A DNA stretch of 64,000 bases from Lujinxingiaceae bacterium (GCA_013697635.1 JACCWM010000084.1:7200-71199), one strand, 5' to 3'; shown: positions 54,193 to 64,000, counted from the first letter of the stretch. Made by a program: numbers and translations. Notes: generated by a model not told the origin, from the letters alone.

Positions 54193-56748
54193 CTAACCGA
54201 GAACTTTGACGAAGCGGCGAATGACGGTCTGTTCGCCGCCGTTTGCGAAGTCGATGACGAGGCGCGCCTCGTCGCCGGTGCCGGAGACGGCGCTCACCGT
54301 ACCGATCCCAAAGCGTGTGTGGGTGACCGTCTGACCGACGAGCTCGTTGTGGCTGACGGCGCGCTCGGGTGCTTTCCATTGCACGGACTCGGCCGGGGCG
54401 TGGTTTAGGCCCTCGTCGGTGTCCCAGGCCGGGTTGAGCTGGGAGAAGTCGTCGACCGGAGGCTGAGCGCGCACCTGGGTGACGGCGCGCCCGAGCTGGC
54501 CGCGGATCATCTCCGGCGACTGATCGAAGTCCCACAGGTTGCGGTTGACGCCGCCCGCCATGGGGTTTCTTCCAAAGTTAACCAGTCCTTCGTGGGCCTG
54601 GGTGGGCGCGCGGCTGCGCGTGTAGTCGACCATCGTGCTCGAGCTTCGCGCATCGATCACCAGGCGCTCGGGGGCGATGTCGAGCAAAAATCGGCTGGGA
54701 TTGGTGTCCTTGAAGGTGCCGTAGACGCGGCGCCGGCGCGCGTTGGTGATATAGAGCGCGTGGCGCGCGCGGGTGATCGCGACGTAGGCCAGGCGGCGCT
54801 CCTCCTCGAGCTCCTCTAAATCGCTGGCATCGCGCAGGCTGGGAAAGATCTCGTCCTCCATGCCGACCAAAAAGACCGTGTCGAACTCGAGGCCCTTGGA
54901 GCCGTGCACGGTCATCAAGGTCACCGAGCCGACGCCCTCTTGAAGCGCGTCGTTGCTCTGCACGAGCGCTGAGCGCTCCAAGAAGGCGCGAAGCAGCCGG
55001 GCGGCGGGCGCCTCGGCGAAGAGATTATCATCAAAGGCGTGAGCCTCGCTGTGGGCGTCGTCGTCAGCGAGCAGGGCCGATGGCGCGGCCTCCTCGTCGC
55101 GCTCGAACTCCTCGATCGCGTTGACCAGCTCGGCGACGTTGCGCGCTCGGTCCTCGGCGCGCTCGGGATCGCTGGCCTCGAGGTACTCGATGTAGTGGGC
55201 GCGCTCGATGAAGTTTTGCACCACGGTCGACAGGCTCTCGAAGTGGGCAAGGTCGTCGCGAACGCTCTCAATGAGCTCGAGAAAGTGCTTGATGCCGGCG
55301 CGCGGCGCGCGGCTCAGTGCAACAAGCGCGGCGATCGCCTCGTCGTGCTCGAGCGTTTTGGGTCGGGGGCGCTCGGGGCTGAACAGGTCGTGCTGGGCCG
55401 TTTCGTCGTCCTGGAGCAGGCGAAGCGCGCGGTGCAGGCCGTTGACGCCGGGCACGCGCGAGGCGGCGTTGAGTTTTTCGATCGTCGTCTTGCCGATGCC
55501 GCGCGCCGGGGTGTTGACCACGCGCAGCAGCGCGACCTCGTCGGCGGGATTGATCGCGACCTTGAGATAGGCCATCAGATCCTTGATCTCTTCTCGAGCA
55601 TAGAAGCTCATGCCACCGACGATCTGATGGGGCATGGTGTGGTGGCGCAGCTGCTCCTCGAAGAGGCGGGCCTGGGCGTTGGTGCGATAAAAAATCGCGA
55701 AGTCCTGATAGTTGGCACCCGAGGCGATGCGCTGGGCGATCGTCTCGGCCACATAGCTGGCCTCCTCGCGATCGCTTGCGGCGGTGAAGACGGCGATCGG
55801 CTGGCCGGCGGGGCGCTCGGTCCAAAGCGTCTTGTCGTGGCGGCGCGGATTGTGGCGGATCACGTCGTTTGCGGCATCGAGGATCGCCGCGCTGGAGCGG
55901 TAGTTTTGCTCGAGCTTGATCACGCGCGCCTTGGCGAAGCTGCGCTCAAAATCCAAGATGTTGGCCACGGTCGCCCCGCGCCAGCCGTAGATCGCCTGGT
56001 CGTCGTCGCCAACGACAGCGAGGTTTTCATGGGCCGTGGTCAGGTGGGTGAGCAATTCGAACTGCGCCATGTTGGTGTCCTGGAACTCGTCGACCATCAA
56101 GAATCGCCACTGCTCGCTGTAGGATCGGGCGAGGCCGGGATCGGCGCGAAACAGCTCGAGCACGCCCAGCAGCAGATCGCCAAAGTCGACGCAGTTGGCC
56201 TGGCGAAGCGCGCTCTGGTAGCGCTCGTAGAAGAAGACGTCGGCCTCGTCGATGCGGTTGTGCGCGGCTTCGTGGGCGCCCTCGGGGGTGAGGCCGCGGT
56301 TCTTCATCTCTTCGACGAAGCTTTGCAGGCGGCGGATCTCGCGGCGCTCGCTCTCCTGCTCGTTGGCGATGAGTAGGCGGCGGATGTGACGACGCTGATC
56401 ATCGTCGTCATAGATCGTAAAGCCGGGCGAGAGCCCGAGGCGGCGCGCGTGGCGGCGCAACAGGCGTGCTCCCAGCGAGTGGAAGGTCGACAGGGCCAAC
56501 TGGCCGGTGTCGTAGTGCGCTCCGAGCAGGCCATCGACGCGCGAGCGCATCTCGGCGGCGGCCTTGTTCGTGAAGGTGACGGCAAGGATCTGGGCCGGGT
56601 GCACGTCGTGCTCGGTGACCAGGTGGGCAATGCGCGAGGTCAAGACGCGTGTCTTACCGCTGCCGGCGCCGGCCAAGATGAGCAGCGGCCCCTCGATGTG
56701 TCGCACCGCCTCTTGCTGGGGTGCGTTGAGCTCGTTGAAGATGTTCAT
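54193..56748 (-). CDS. ATP-dependent DNA helicase, UvrD/PcrA family
   Basis: MNIFNELNAPQQEAVRHIEGPLLILAGAGSGKTRVLTSRIAHL...FTNKAAAEM...MVDEFQDTN...VGDDDQAIYGWRGA...TVHGSKGLEF...LAYVAITRA. C-terminal Tudor-like tail. Start at the Met before NIFNEL. Confidence 0.93.
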   Translation of the reverse strand: MNIFNELNAPQQEAVRHIEGPLLILAGAGSGKTRVLTSRIAHLVTEHDVHPAQILAVTFTNKAAAEMRSRVDGLLGAHYDTGQLALSTFHSLGARLLRRHARRLGLSPGFTIYDDDDQRRHIRRLLIANEQESERREIRRLQSFVEEMKNRGLTPEGAHEAAHNRIDEADVFFYERYQSALRQANCVDFGDLLLGVLELFRADPGLARSYSEQWRFLMVDEFQDTNMAQFELLTHLTTAHENLAVVGDDDQAIYGWRGATVANILDFERSFAKARVIKLEQNYRSSAAILDAANDVIRHNPRRHDKTLWTERPAGQPIAVFTAASDREEASYVAETIAQRIASGANYQDFAIFYRTNAQARLFEEQLRHHTMPHQIVGGMSFYAREEIKDLMAYLKVAINPADEVALLRVVNTPARGIGKTTIEKLNAASRVPGVNGLHRALRLLQDDETAQHDLFSPERPRPKTLEHDEAIAALVALSRAPRAGIKHFLELIESVRDDLAHFESLSTVVQNFIERAHYIEYLEASDPERAEDRARNVAELVNAIEEFERDEEAAPSALLADDDAHSEAHAFDDNLFAEAPAARLLRAFLERSALVQSNDALQEGVGSVTLMTVHGSKGLEFDTVFLVGMEDEIFPSLRDASDLEELEEERRLAYVAITRARHALYITNARRRRVYGTFKDTNPSRFLLDIAPERLVIDARSSSTMVDYTRSRAPTQAHEGLVNFGRNPMAGGVNRNLWDFDQSPEMIRGQLGRAVTQVRAQPPVDDFSQLNPAWDTDEGLNHAPAESVQWKAPERAVSHNELVGQTVTHTRFGIGTVSAVSGTGDEARLVIDFANGGEQTVIRRFVKVLG

Positions 56749-57044
56749 GGCTCTGCATTGGCGGTGAGGTTCACTGTACTTCTGTTCGGTGCCGTTATCG
56801 CCGAGAGCGTGTGCGTCTGGCAAGCCCCATGTTCGTGATTACGGCGCGAACTTTTTTCCAAACGTATAGGAATAATCCCACATTCCACCTAGTTTTTTGG
56901 GCGACCAAGTTGTCCTTGAAAAGGGTGTCCCAAAGCGCCCAAAGCGCCTGCTGGCCGTAAGTTCGATTGCACAAGTTGCAGTCGGCGGTTAGACTCAGTG
57001 CTAGATTAGCTATTGTAAAAGCGCACACGCCAGAAGGAGTATCG

Positions 57045-57839
57045 ATGGCAGTTCAACAGTTGACCGATCGCGGTGAGCTTCGCGAGTTTTTGATGCGCGA
57101 TCGCATCGCAAACGCGTACTTGCTGGGCAATCTCGATCCGGCCTACTTTCAGTTCTGCCGCTGGTACGGCTCGCGTACCGCGAGCGGCGAGCTTGGCAAC
57201 CTGTTGTTGATTTACCGGGGGCTGAGCTTGCCGGTGGTGTTCATGAGCGGCAGCGATCCGGGAATCGAGACGTTTCTTCGCGAGTGCACGACGGTACTGC
57301 CCGACCGCTTTCACTTTCACGTCTTAGAAAATCACATGAATACGGTGCGCGATACCTTCTCGCCGCCGGATTTCAAGCCGATGTATCGCATGGGCCTGGA
57401 GCGCTCGCGCTTTTCGACCCACGGAGACACCTCGCGCGTGGTTCGCCTGGGCCACCGGGATACGGCGGCGATCATGGCGCTTTACGCCCACTATCCGGAC
57501 AATTTCTTTGAGCCCTATCAGCTCGAAACGGGTCTGTATTTTGGAATCCGCGACCCAGCGCTCGGTCTGGTGAGCATCGCCGGGGTGCACGTGGTCAGCG
57601 AGGAGCACGACGTGGCCGTGATCGGCAACCTGGTGACGCACCGCCAAGCGCGCGGCCAGGGTCTAGCTACGGCCTGCACGGCGCGCCTTCTCGAAGAGAT
57701 CTTCGAGCGCGTCTCGCTGGTCGCGCTCAACGTCCAACAAGACAACGAGCCGGCGATCCGCATGTACCGCCACTTCGGCTTTGAGTTCAACAACGTCTTC
57801 TTCGAGGGCCAGTACGCGCTTGGCGTCAAGGTGCCCTGA
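57045..57839 (+). CDS. GNAT-family N-acetyltransferase with N-terminal extension
   Basis: AVIGNLVTHRQARGQGLATACTARLLEEIF...LNVQQDNEPAIRMYRHFGFE (motif A). AGGAG RBS before ATG 57045. Confidence 0.7.
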   Translation: MAVQQLTDRGELREFLMRDRIANAYLLGNLDPAYFQFCRWYGSRTASGELGNLLLIYRGLSLPVVFMSGSDPGIETFLRECTTVLPDRFHFHVLENHMNTVRDTFSPPDFKPMYRMGLERSRFSTHGDTSRVVRLGHRDTAAIMALYAHYPDNFFEPYQLETGLYFGIRDPALGLVSIAGVHVVSEEHDVAVIGNLVTHRQARGQGLATACTARLLEEIFERVSLVALNVQQDNEPAIRMYRHFGFEFNNVFFEGQYALGVKVP

Positions 57840-57867
57840 GCCAGGTGGCTGCGATGAAGCCGTTGCG

Positions 57868-58272
57868 CTAGTCGAACTCGTTGAAGATTCCCGGGTTGAC
57901 TGCGGTGCGCCGTCGCTCCTCGCGCTCCTCTTCTTCCTTACAATCGATGCACATCGTGGCCATGGGTCGGGCTTTGAGGCGGCCGACGCCGATCGGTTCG
58001 CTGCAGATGTCGCAGTAGCCGTACTCGCCGTCGTCCATGCGTTGGAGGGCTTCGTTGATCTTGGCGAGCAGGTTGCGCTCGCGGTCCTTGATGCGAAGCT
58101 GGGTCGAAGTTCCCTGCTCGTCGGTAGACTGATCGATCGAGTCACCCGGCTCGCGCTCGCGCTCGCGTAGCTCGTTTCGTGCGAGGTGGCTGCGGTTGAT
58201 CAATTCGGCGCGTTGTCGTTCAAGATCTTGGCGAATCTCGGCGAGGGTATCTTGACTGAATTCCAAGTTCAT
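57868..58272 (-). CDS. DksA/TraR-family C4 zinc-finger regulator
   Basis: Coiled coil with acidic tip GDSIDQSTDE. LAKINEALQRMDDGEYGYCDICSEPIGVGRLKARPMATMCIDC. 134 aa after trimming the track ORF. Confidence 0.85.
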   Translation of the reverse strand: MNLEFSQDTLAEIRQDLERQRAELINRSHLARNELREREREPGDSIDQSTDEQGTSTQLRIKDRERNLLAKINEALQRMDDGEYGYCDICSEPIGVGRLKARPMATMCIDCKEEEEREERRRTAVNPGIFNEFD

Positions 58273-58494
58273 AATGCTCCTTCCTACGACAAACTTTTGA
58301 GGGGCGCCTGATGCCTGCCCCCGCGAACCTCTCCAACTTAGGCACACGAACTTTTGCAACCAGTGCATGCGTTCAGTGCGCCGCCGAGCGGGTGCCCCTT
58401 TCAAGGTTGAACCCAAGAATATCTCGTGTACGATACCTGGGCAATGGGGCTGTGTGTCATGTGGCGGCTCTACTCTACGCGCTAAGGTGCTTGT

Positions 58495-58911
58495 ATGGCG
58501 ACAGCGAAGTTTTCAAAATTGGCGATTGCAATGGTGGGCTTTGGCCTTTTCGTGAGTTTGAGCGTGGGCTGTTCATCGCGAATTCTGGTGCAATCCGATC
58601 CGGTGGCCACGCAGGTGATCATGAACGAGACGGTGGAGCTGGGCCCGACGCCGTTTGAGATACGTCAGATGTCCTGGCTGTGGAGTAGCCCCGCGCTGAG
58701 CTTTAGCAAAGAGGGCTACCAGACGCGCTATGTGAAGCTGGAGAGCACGTTCAATCCGTTAAATATGCTGGCGTGCGTGTGCACAATCGGCACGCTTTTT
58801 CCGGCCCTGTTCTTGGGCGAATCGCATTCCAACGTCTTTGTGCGCCTCGAGCCGGTGGAGACGGCGAGCGTCCAGACGCTCGTCGAGGTGCCTCGCATTG
58901 CTTTCGAATAG
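58495..58911 (+). CDS. Small lipoprotein with PEGA-like domain and hydrophobic C-terminal segment
   Basis: Lipobox GLFVSLSVGCSS. ILVQSDPVATQVIMNETVELGPTPFEI resembles PEGA. Confidence 0.55.
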   Translation: MATAKFSKLAIAMVGFGLFVSLSVGCSSRILVQSDPVATQVIMNETVELGPTPFEIRQMSWLWSSPALSFSKEGYQTRYVKLESTFNPLNMLACVCTIGTLFPALFLGESHSNVFVRLEPVETASVQTLVEVPRIAFE

Positions 58912-59046
58912 CGGCCGGCGGCGGCGATAGAGCGGCGGCCTTTGAAGTGGCCGCCGGCTTTTGGTATGAATGGAGCATGTTTTGCCCGTGAGCTGTGCGC
59001 GCCGCGCGCGCGCTCAGCTCGTATTTCCTGGTATTGAGTACACGCC

Positions 59047-61089
59047 ATGTCGATCACGACCCGATGTTCACTTTTCCTGATGGCCAGCCTGCTTGCGTGC
59101 ACACTTGGTGCCTGCAGCAGCGAGCCGGATGACACGAGCAAGAAAGACACGTCGGGCGGGGCAGACATTGAGGAGGTTGGCGTCGAGGTTGATGCCGACG
59201 TCTCGGTGGGCCCCGATGATGTGGCGCCGGAGGTGAGCCTGCCCGATGGCGGTGGCGATGACGCCGGCCAGCCCGATGGTGGTGATGCATACTGCGCGCC
59301 CAACGGCCCCGGTTGGACGATCGACAGCGATCAGGACGGGCTGACCGATTGCGAGGAGATGCAGATGTGCACCGATCCTTACAATCACGACACCGATGGT
59401 GATGGGCTCAGCGATCTCGAGGAGCTGCAACTGGGCACGGATCCGTGCAAAGCCGACAGCGACGGTGACGGTCTTTCGGACTTTGACGAGCTCGTCTTTG
59501 GCTTCGACCCGCTCAACGACGATACCTATGGCGACGGCATTCTCGATGGCGACCGTTGGATCGTGACGGCCTGCGATGAGCCGGTCAGTGAGCCCTTGGA
59601 GTACCACAAAAATAGCCTGGGCAACTGGACGATGGCCTTGCATCCGGCTTTTCGCAGCTATACGAACCTGAGCGTCGAAGGGGCGGATTTTCATAACCGC
59701 CATGCTGCGGCCGTCTTCGACGATCCGGCCAACGAGATCAGCGGCTTTGTCTTTTCGAGCCGCCCGAGCGTCGCCCAAACCGGGCCGGTCGCCGCCTTGT
59801 TGGGCTACCGCCCGCGTGTGGCTGCCTTTGGTGCGATCCAACAAGACAGCACCGGCGGTGAGTTCGCGACCCACGATTTTCACCGCGCCGCGATCAGCCG
59901 CTTTCTGGTGCGATCGCCCCAGGCTCGCTCGCCGCGCGCAGTGCGCGATGCGCTCTTGCTACAGTTGGTGCCAAGCGATATCGGCGCGATCAGCGGGTTT
60001 CCAAGCGCTGCGGGCAACACCCACAACGACTATCGAATCTTCATGTCGGTGGTCTATCGTGGCCAGCAGATGCTCACCGTGGTGGCCTTTGCGCCGGCGC
60101 AAAAGTTCGAGACCCACGACAAGATCAAGTTTCGCATGGACGATCTGACCAATACGACCAATCTCGCCGGCGTCAGCGACGTGGAGTCCACGCGTTGCAC
60201 GAGCTTTCGTCCGGGTTTGACCACGCCTCAGGTGGATTTCTACTGGGTGCTCGATCAATCCGGCTCGATGAACAACAAGTACGTGCAAGTGCGCGCGGTC
60301 GCCGCCGAGTTCTTCGCGCAGTTGATCAACACGCCGCTGGATTTTCGCCTCGGCGTGGCGAACATGGCCGAGAGCACCGAGGGCAGGTTGCGCAGCCCTC
60401 CGGGCTGGCACACCGAGCTGGCGACCTTCAACAGTGAAATCGAGGACTGGGTCGTTCGCTGCACGGGCTGCACGGGTGGCTACGGCGGCCTCGAGCATGG
60501 ATTGCTCAATGCCAAAAGGGGCATTGACTACATGACGAGCAATCAGGCGCCGGCCGAGGTGCGAATCCGCCCCGAGGCCAAAATAGTTACAATCATCATG
60601 AGCGACGAGGAGGATCAGTCGATTCAGAACAACGCGATGCATACGCCGGCCGGCCAGGCGGTCATGAACGACTACCTTGCCTTCTTTCCCGGGCGAACGA
60701 CGATGTTCTCAATCGTCTCCCAGGGTGGTAGCTGCGGGCACAACGCCCAGGCCTACATGCAGGTCGCGCTGGCCACGGGCGGCTCGTTCTACGATTTGTG
60801 CGCGGTCAATATCGAGGAGACGATCACCGAGATCATCGTGGCGGCCACCGGCCAGGCTGCCAGTCACGTGTTGCCCGACACCCCGGTCTCGAGCTCACTG
60901 CGCGTGTTCAAGGATGGCAAGTGGGTGCCGCGCAGCCGAGCTAACGGCTTCGATTACTTCTCCAATACGAACTCGATCGCCTTTTTTGGCAGCTTTCGCC
61001 CCGATCCCGATTCCGACGGTGCGACCGACCACATTGCGGTGACCTACCGACACTACAAAATGACAACAAAGCCCGACAGCGTTCGCTGA
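59047..61089 (+). CDS. Lipoprotein with thrombospondin type-3 Ca-binding repeats and a VWA (MIDAS) domain
   Basis: Lipobox LLACTLGAC. DSDQDGLTDCEE / DTDGDGLSDLEE / DSDGDGLSDFDE. MIDAS VDFYWVLDQSGSM. Confidence 0.8.
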   Translation: MSITTRCSLFLMASLLACTLGACSSEPDDTSKKDTSGGADIEEVGVEVDADVSVGPDDVAPEVSLPDGGGDDAGQPDGGDAYCAPNGPGWTIDSDQDGLTDCEEMQMCTDPYNHDTDGDGLSDLEELQLGTDPCKADSDGDGLSDFDELVFGFDPLNDDTYGDGILDGDRWIVTACDEPVSEPLEYHKNSLGNWTMALHPAFRSYTNLSVEGADFHNRHAAAVFDDPANEISGFVFSSRPSVAQTGPVAALLGYRPRVAAFGAIQQDSTGGEFATHDFHRAAISRFLVRSPQARSPRAVRDALLLQLVPSDIGAISGFPSAAGNTHNDYRIFMSVVYRGQQMLTVVAFAPAQKFETHDKIKFRMDDLTNTTNLAGVSDVESTRCTSFRPGLTTPQVDFYWVLDQSGSMNNKYVQVRAVAAEFFAQLINTPLDFRLGVANMAESTEGRLRSPPGWHTELATFNSEIEDWVVRCTGCTGGYGGLEHGLLNAKRGIDYMTSNQAPAEVRIRPEAKIVTIIMSDEEDQSIQNNAMHTPAGQAVMNDYLAFFPGRTTMFSIVSQGGSCGHNAQAYMQVALATGGSFYDLCAVNIEETITEIIVAATGQAASHVLPDTPVSSSLRVFKDGKWVPRSRANGFDYFSNTNSIAFFGSFRPDPDSDGATDHIAVTYRHYKMTTKPDSVR

Positions 61090-61252
61090 GAAGACGCTGC
61101 AAAAAGAATTTTCGCGAATTTGGAATGTGTCATTCGTGCGGTCCGTTTTGACAAGTACCTCCTCGGAGGTGGCGAGATCAGCCGGACATCGAAGTCAGGT
61201 CGTCTTGTTCCGGCAAGAGCGCGCATTCATCGCATGACTCCTCCTTTCGGCT

Positions 61253-61282
61253 AAAACGCCCTGTCCAAAGACAGGGCGTTTT
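61253..61282 (+). terminator. Perfect 13-bp stem-loop plus T-rich tail (terminator, potentially bidirectional)
   Basis: aaaacgccctgtc-caaa-gacagggcgtttt followed by agtttcttgttt. Confidence 0.65.
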
Positions 61283-61362
61283 AGTTTCTTGTTTGCTCCA
61301 ACTTGCGACTATCATGCGCCGCGGCTCGCCCGCATTGCCCCTAATTTCACGAGGAAAATCCG

Positions 61363-62820
61363 ATGCTCGAAGGCCTGGCTCTGTTGAAGGCACACCTGTT
61401 CGATGGCGCCGAGCTGGGCGCGAAATCCTGGCCCGGGATCGCGACGAGCCTCGAGCGCGCCGAGGACAACGCTCTGGTCGTGGCGCTCTTGGCCCTGGCT
61501 GATATGCCGGCGCTCACAAAGAAGTGGCTCGCCTGGCGGCGTGTATCAGGGCTCTCGGAGCTGAGCGGGGTTGAGCGGCTGTTGTATCTGTCGATCGAGC
61601 GTGACGACGTGGAGCAAGCGATCGACGAGGCGCTGGCTACGGCGCTGGCGGCCCCGGTCGCCGACGGGCTGGTGCGAGCCGGCTTTCCCTGGTCGCATCC
61701 TGGGCTGGTGGGGCTGCTCGATAGCGATGAGGGACGCGCGCCCGCAGCGTGGTTGTTGGCCGATGTCGGTGCCGAAGAGCTGGCCGGCTGGCTGGAGGCC
61801 TGCGAGGACGACGAGGCGGCGCTCGCGGTTGCGCGCAGCATCGGCCTCAATGGCAATGCCTTGTACTGGGACGAGATCGTCGCGTGGCTCGAGCTTGCCC
61901 GAGACGAGGGCGACGAGGACGCGCGAAAGGGCTTTCACGCGGCGCTGGCCAATCTCGATCCAACGGCCTATGCGCGCGCGGTGATGCTCGGCGAGATGGA
62001 GGTCGACTGGCTTGGCCAGAGCGTATGTGTCGCTGATTTTCTCGGCGCGCATGGACCCACTGAGTGGCTCGAGACCTTGGAGTTGTTGGCCCATCACGCC
62101 AGCCAGGCGGCCTTTGAGTTCGCCGCTTTGCTCGCGGTCAGCGCCGCTGCCGGCGCCGACAACGAGCTCTGGGACAGCGAGGATGTCGAGGCGATGCTGC
62201 AGTGTCTGGAGATCGCGCGCGAAGCACCGGGTGAGGCGGTCGCGCAGTTCTCGGCCAGCGGCCAGTTCGGATTTCAGATGGCGCTTGGCGAAGAGGACGA
62301 TCTGGCCGTCTTGCTCGCTGAGGCGGCGATCCACGAGCGCCTCTTGGCCCTTGGCGAGGCATCACCGGGCGTTGGTGGCTTGCCGCTCTCGGCGACCGAT
62401 CTGGAGTGGGCACCGCTCGACGTGGCCGAGGAGTTCTTCGAGCGCATGTTGGCCGCCGGTGAGCTCTCCGATGAGGCGCTCGTGGCGCTGGTTCGAACGC
62501 TGGTCGATCTGCGCCAGTGGAGCGAGCGCGAGCCCGAGCACTTTGGCGCGCTCGCAGCACGCACAGCCAAGCAATTCAAGGCCCACCCTAGCGCAGCGGT
62601 AGCTGCGGCCGGTGCCAGGATCGAGCAAGAAGCGTCGTTTGAGCACGAGATTATCGCGCAAACCGCACGCCGTGAGGATGTCATCGGCCTCGATGCCGTG
62701 CGCCAACTCGTTGAGCGCGGCGGCGACGAGGCGCTCGCGGCGCTCGTCGAGCTCTGGGTCGGCGGACCGCTTGAGCGCGCGCCATTTTACCGTGAGAGCT
62801 TGATTCAAGTGCGGGCGTAG
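61363..62820 (+). CDS. Hypothetical Ala/Leu/Glu-rich all-helical protein (485 aa)
   Basis: Long ORF with coding-like composition and no motif I recognise. Its 3' end overlaps the convergent cheR-like gene by 16 nt. Confidence 0.5.
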   Translation: MLEGLALLKAHLFDGAELGAKSWPGIATSLERAEDNALVVALLALADMPALTKKWLAWRRVSGLSELSGVERLLYLSIERDDVEQAIDEALATALAAPVADGLVRAGFPWSHPGLVGLLDSDEGRAPAAWLLADVGAEELAGWLEACEDDEAALAVARSIGLNGNALYWDEIVAWLELARDEGDEDARKGFHAALANLDPTAYARAVMLGEMEVDWLGQSVCVADFLGAHGPTEWLETLELLAHHASQAAFEFAALLAVSAAAGADNELWDSEDVEAMLQCLEIAREAPGEAVAQFSASGQFGFQMALGEEDDLAVLLAEAAIHERLLALGEASPGVGGLPLSATDLEWAPLDVAEEFFERMLAAGELSDEALVALVRTLVDLRQWSEREPEHFGALAARTAKQFKAHPSAAVAAAGARIEQEASFEHEIIAQTARREDVIGLDAVRQLVERGGDEALAALVELWVGGPLERAPFYRESLIQVRA

Positions 62821-64000
62821 GCGAGCTCGCGGACCTGGGTTCGTGTCTCCTGGAGGGGGGCGAGCAGCTTGGCCAGCGCCATGGTGCCCTGGACGGGGTC
62901 AGGCTGGGCGTCGAGGCCTTCGATCGCCTGGCGCCAGGTTCGCCTGGCGGCTTCATCTTCGCCGACAACGTTGTAGATCATGGCGGCCTGGGCGGCGGCA
63001 AACCAGTTGTGGGGCTCGAGAAAGAGCGCCTTTCGAAACGCTTCGAGCGCCTGCAGGCGCGCGCCACCTTGGTTGAGCGCCTGTCCCATCAAACAGTAGC
63101 TCTCGGGGACGAGCGGGTCGTAGCTGACGGCGGCTTCGGCCGCAGCGATCGCGCCGTCGTGGTTGCTGGAGGCTAGGTGGCTGGCGGTTGCGCGCAGCAA
63201 GGTCGAGATCGTGTCGCTGTCTTCGATCTCGCTGGTCTCTTCTTCGAGCTGCGAGCTTGCGCCAACCGGTCGATCGAGCGCCTGCCAGGTGTCCTTATCT
63301 GAGCCCACGAACAACTCACCGGGCTGGATCGTCTGCCCGCTCGGGGTGGTGCTCAGCCGATAGACGAAGCCCTCGGCCAGGCGCGCGGCGCGAAACGGCG
63401 GCTCGATACCTGGCTCGGAGATGATCTGCTCGGAGGAGCCCAGCAGCAGGTAGCCATTTCTGTGCAGTGCGCCGCCAAAATGGTGGTAGACGCGCGCCGT
63501 CGAGCGCGCGTCGAAGTAGATCAGCACGTTGCGGCACAAGATGACGTCCCAGGGCGCGCCGGGCTGCAGGCTGGGCGCGGCGCTGAGCAAATTGTGATGG
63601 CGAAACTCGACCATGGCGCGCAGCTCGTCGCCGATTTGCCAGGTCTGGGCGTCGGGCTGGGTGAAGAAGCGCCGGGCGCGATCGGCGCTCAAGCGGCGAA
63701 GGCTCCAGGCGCTGTAGTGGGCGCGCTTTGCCAGGCGCAAAAAATCCGTGTTGATGTCGCTGCCGAGGATCTTGGCCTCGAGGCCGGCTTCGGCCACGAT
63801 CATCGCCACCGTGTAGGGTTCCTCGCCGGTCGAGCAGCCAGCACACCAGATGCGAAGCGGGCGCCCGACATCGGCGCTCGACTCGAGCACCGAGCGCAGA
63901 GCGTTGAGCTGGGGCTCGTCGCGCCAGAAGGCGGTCAAGCCGTTGGTGATCAGGTTGACCAGACGCTGAGGCTCGCTGTCGGAGGCAGCAAGCTCGGTCA
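62805..64000 (-). CDS. CheR-type SAM-dependent methyltransferase fused to C-terminal TPR repeats (5' end outside window)
   Basis: LRIWCAGCSTGEEPYTVAMIV...WDVILCRNVLIYFD. The frame stays open upstream of the track start to the window edge (...LVNLITNGLTAFWRDEPQ, the CheR TxFFR-like motif). TPRs at the C-terminus. Confidence 0.85.
   Translation of the reverse strand, partial: TELAASDSEPQRLVNLITNGLTAFWRDEPQLNALRSVLESSADVGRPLRIWCAGCSTGEEPYTVAMIVAEAGLEAKILGSDINTDFLRLAKRAHYSAWSLRRLSADRARRFFTQPDAQTWQIGDELRAMVEFRHHNLLSAAPSLQPGAPWDVILCRNVLIYFDARSTARVYHHFGGALHRNGYLLLGSSEQIISEPGIEPPFRAARLAEGFVYRLSTTPSGQTIQPGELFVGSDKDTWQALDRPVGASSQLEEETSEIEDSDTISTLLRATASHLASSNHDGAIAAAEAAVSYDPLVPESYCLMGQALNQGGARLQALEAFRKALFLEPHNWFAAAQAAMIYNVVGEDEAARRTWRQAIEGLDAQPDPVQGTMALAKLLAPLQETRTQVRELAYART

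Noticed and set aside
61178-61393. 71-aa minus-strand ORF
   Set aside because: It reads straight through the perfect 13-bp terminator hairpin at 61253-61282 and has no motif support.

Overview
GC-rich (about 60% by eye) bacterial chromosome segment with Myxococcota/Bradymonadia-like gene content. I found no rRNA, tRNA, CRISPR, transposase, integrase or phage genes. Layout: (1) 1-8955 is the distal spc/alpha ribosomal protein operon (rpsN' rpsH rplF rplR rpsE rpmD rplO secY adk map infA rpmJ rpsM rpsK rpoA rplQ), with no rpsD between rpsK and rpoA. (2) 9-21.4 kb holds envelope and housekeeping genes: a lipoprotein, a fused double alkaline phosphatase, an isoaspartyl peptidase, a polX operon with lipoproteins, and speH-speE. 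(3) 21.6-38.8 kb is the main item: a same-strand cluster for a TolQ/ExbB-type channel, two ExbD/TolR paralogues, an AgmX/PglI-type TonB-like protein, very large TPR proteins, an outer-membrane barrel, a short Wza-like OPX lipoprotein and a Hanks kinase. I read it as a single-locus Agl-Glt-like envelope-spanning motor with extra, unnamed parts. (4) 38.8-41.3 kb is an operon of small membrane-anchored stress-type proteins (YtxH, DUF883-like, Holin-X-like). (5) 41.4-44.3 kb encodes a membrane protein translationally coupled to an NtrC-family AAA+ protein that lacks a DNA-binding domain and has a degenerate GAFTGA loop. (6) 44.3-64 kb is mixed: PAS/Cys protein, hydrolase plus double cNMP-binding protein, ettA, M48 protease, TPR proteins, IDH3-like dehydrogenase, UvrD/PcrA helicase, GNAT, DksA/TraR, VWA/TSP3 lipoprotein, CheR-TPR. 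All family calls rest on motifs I recognise in the translations. No database search was possible. Many long antisense ORFs in the track are GC-driven artefacts.
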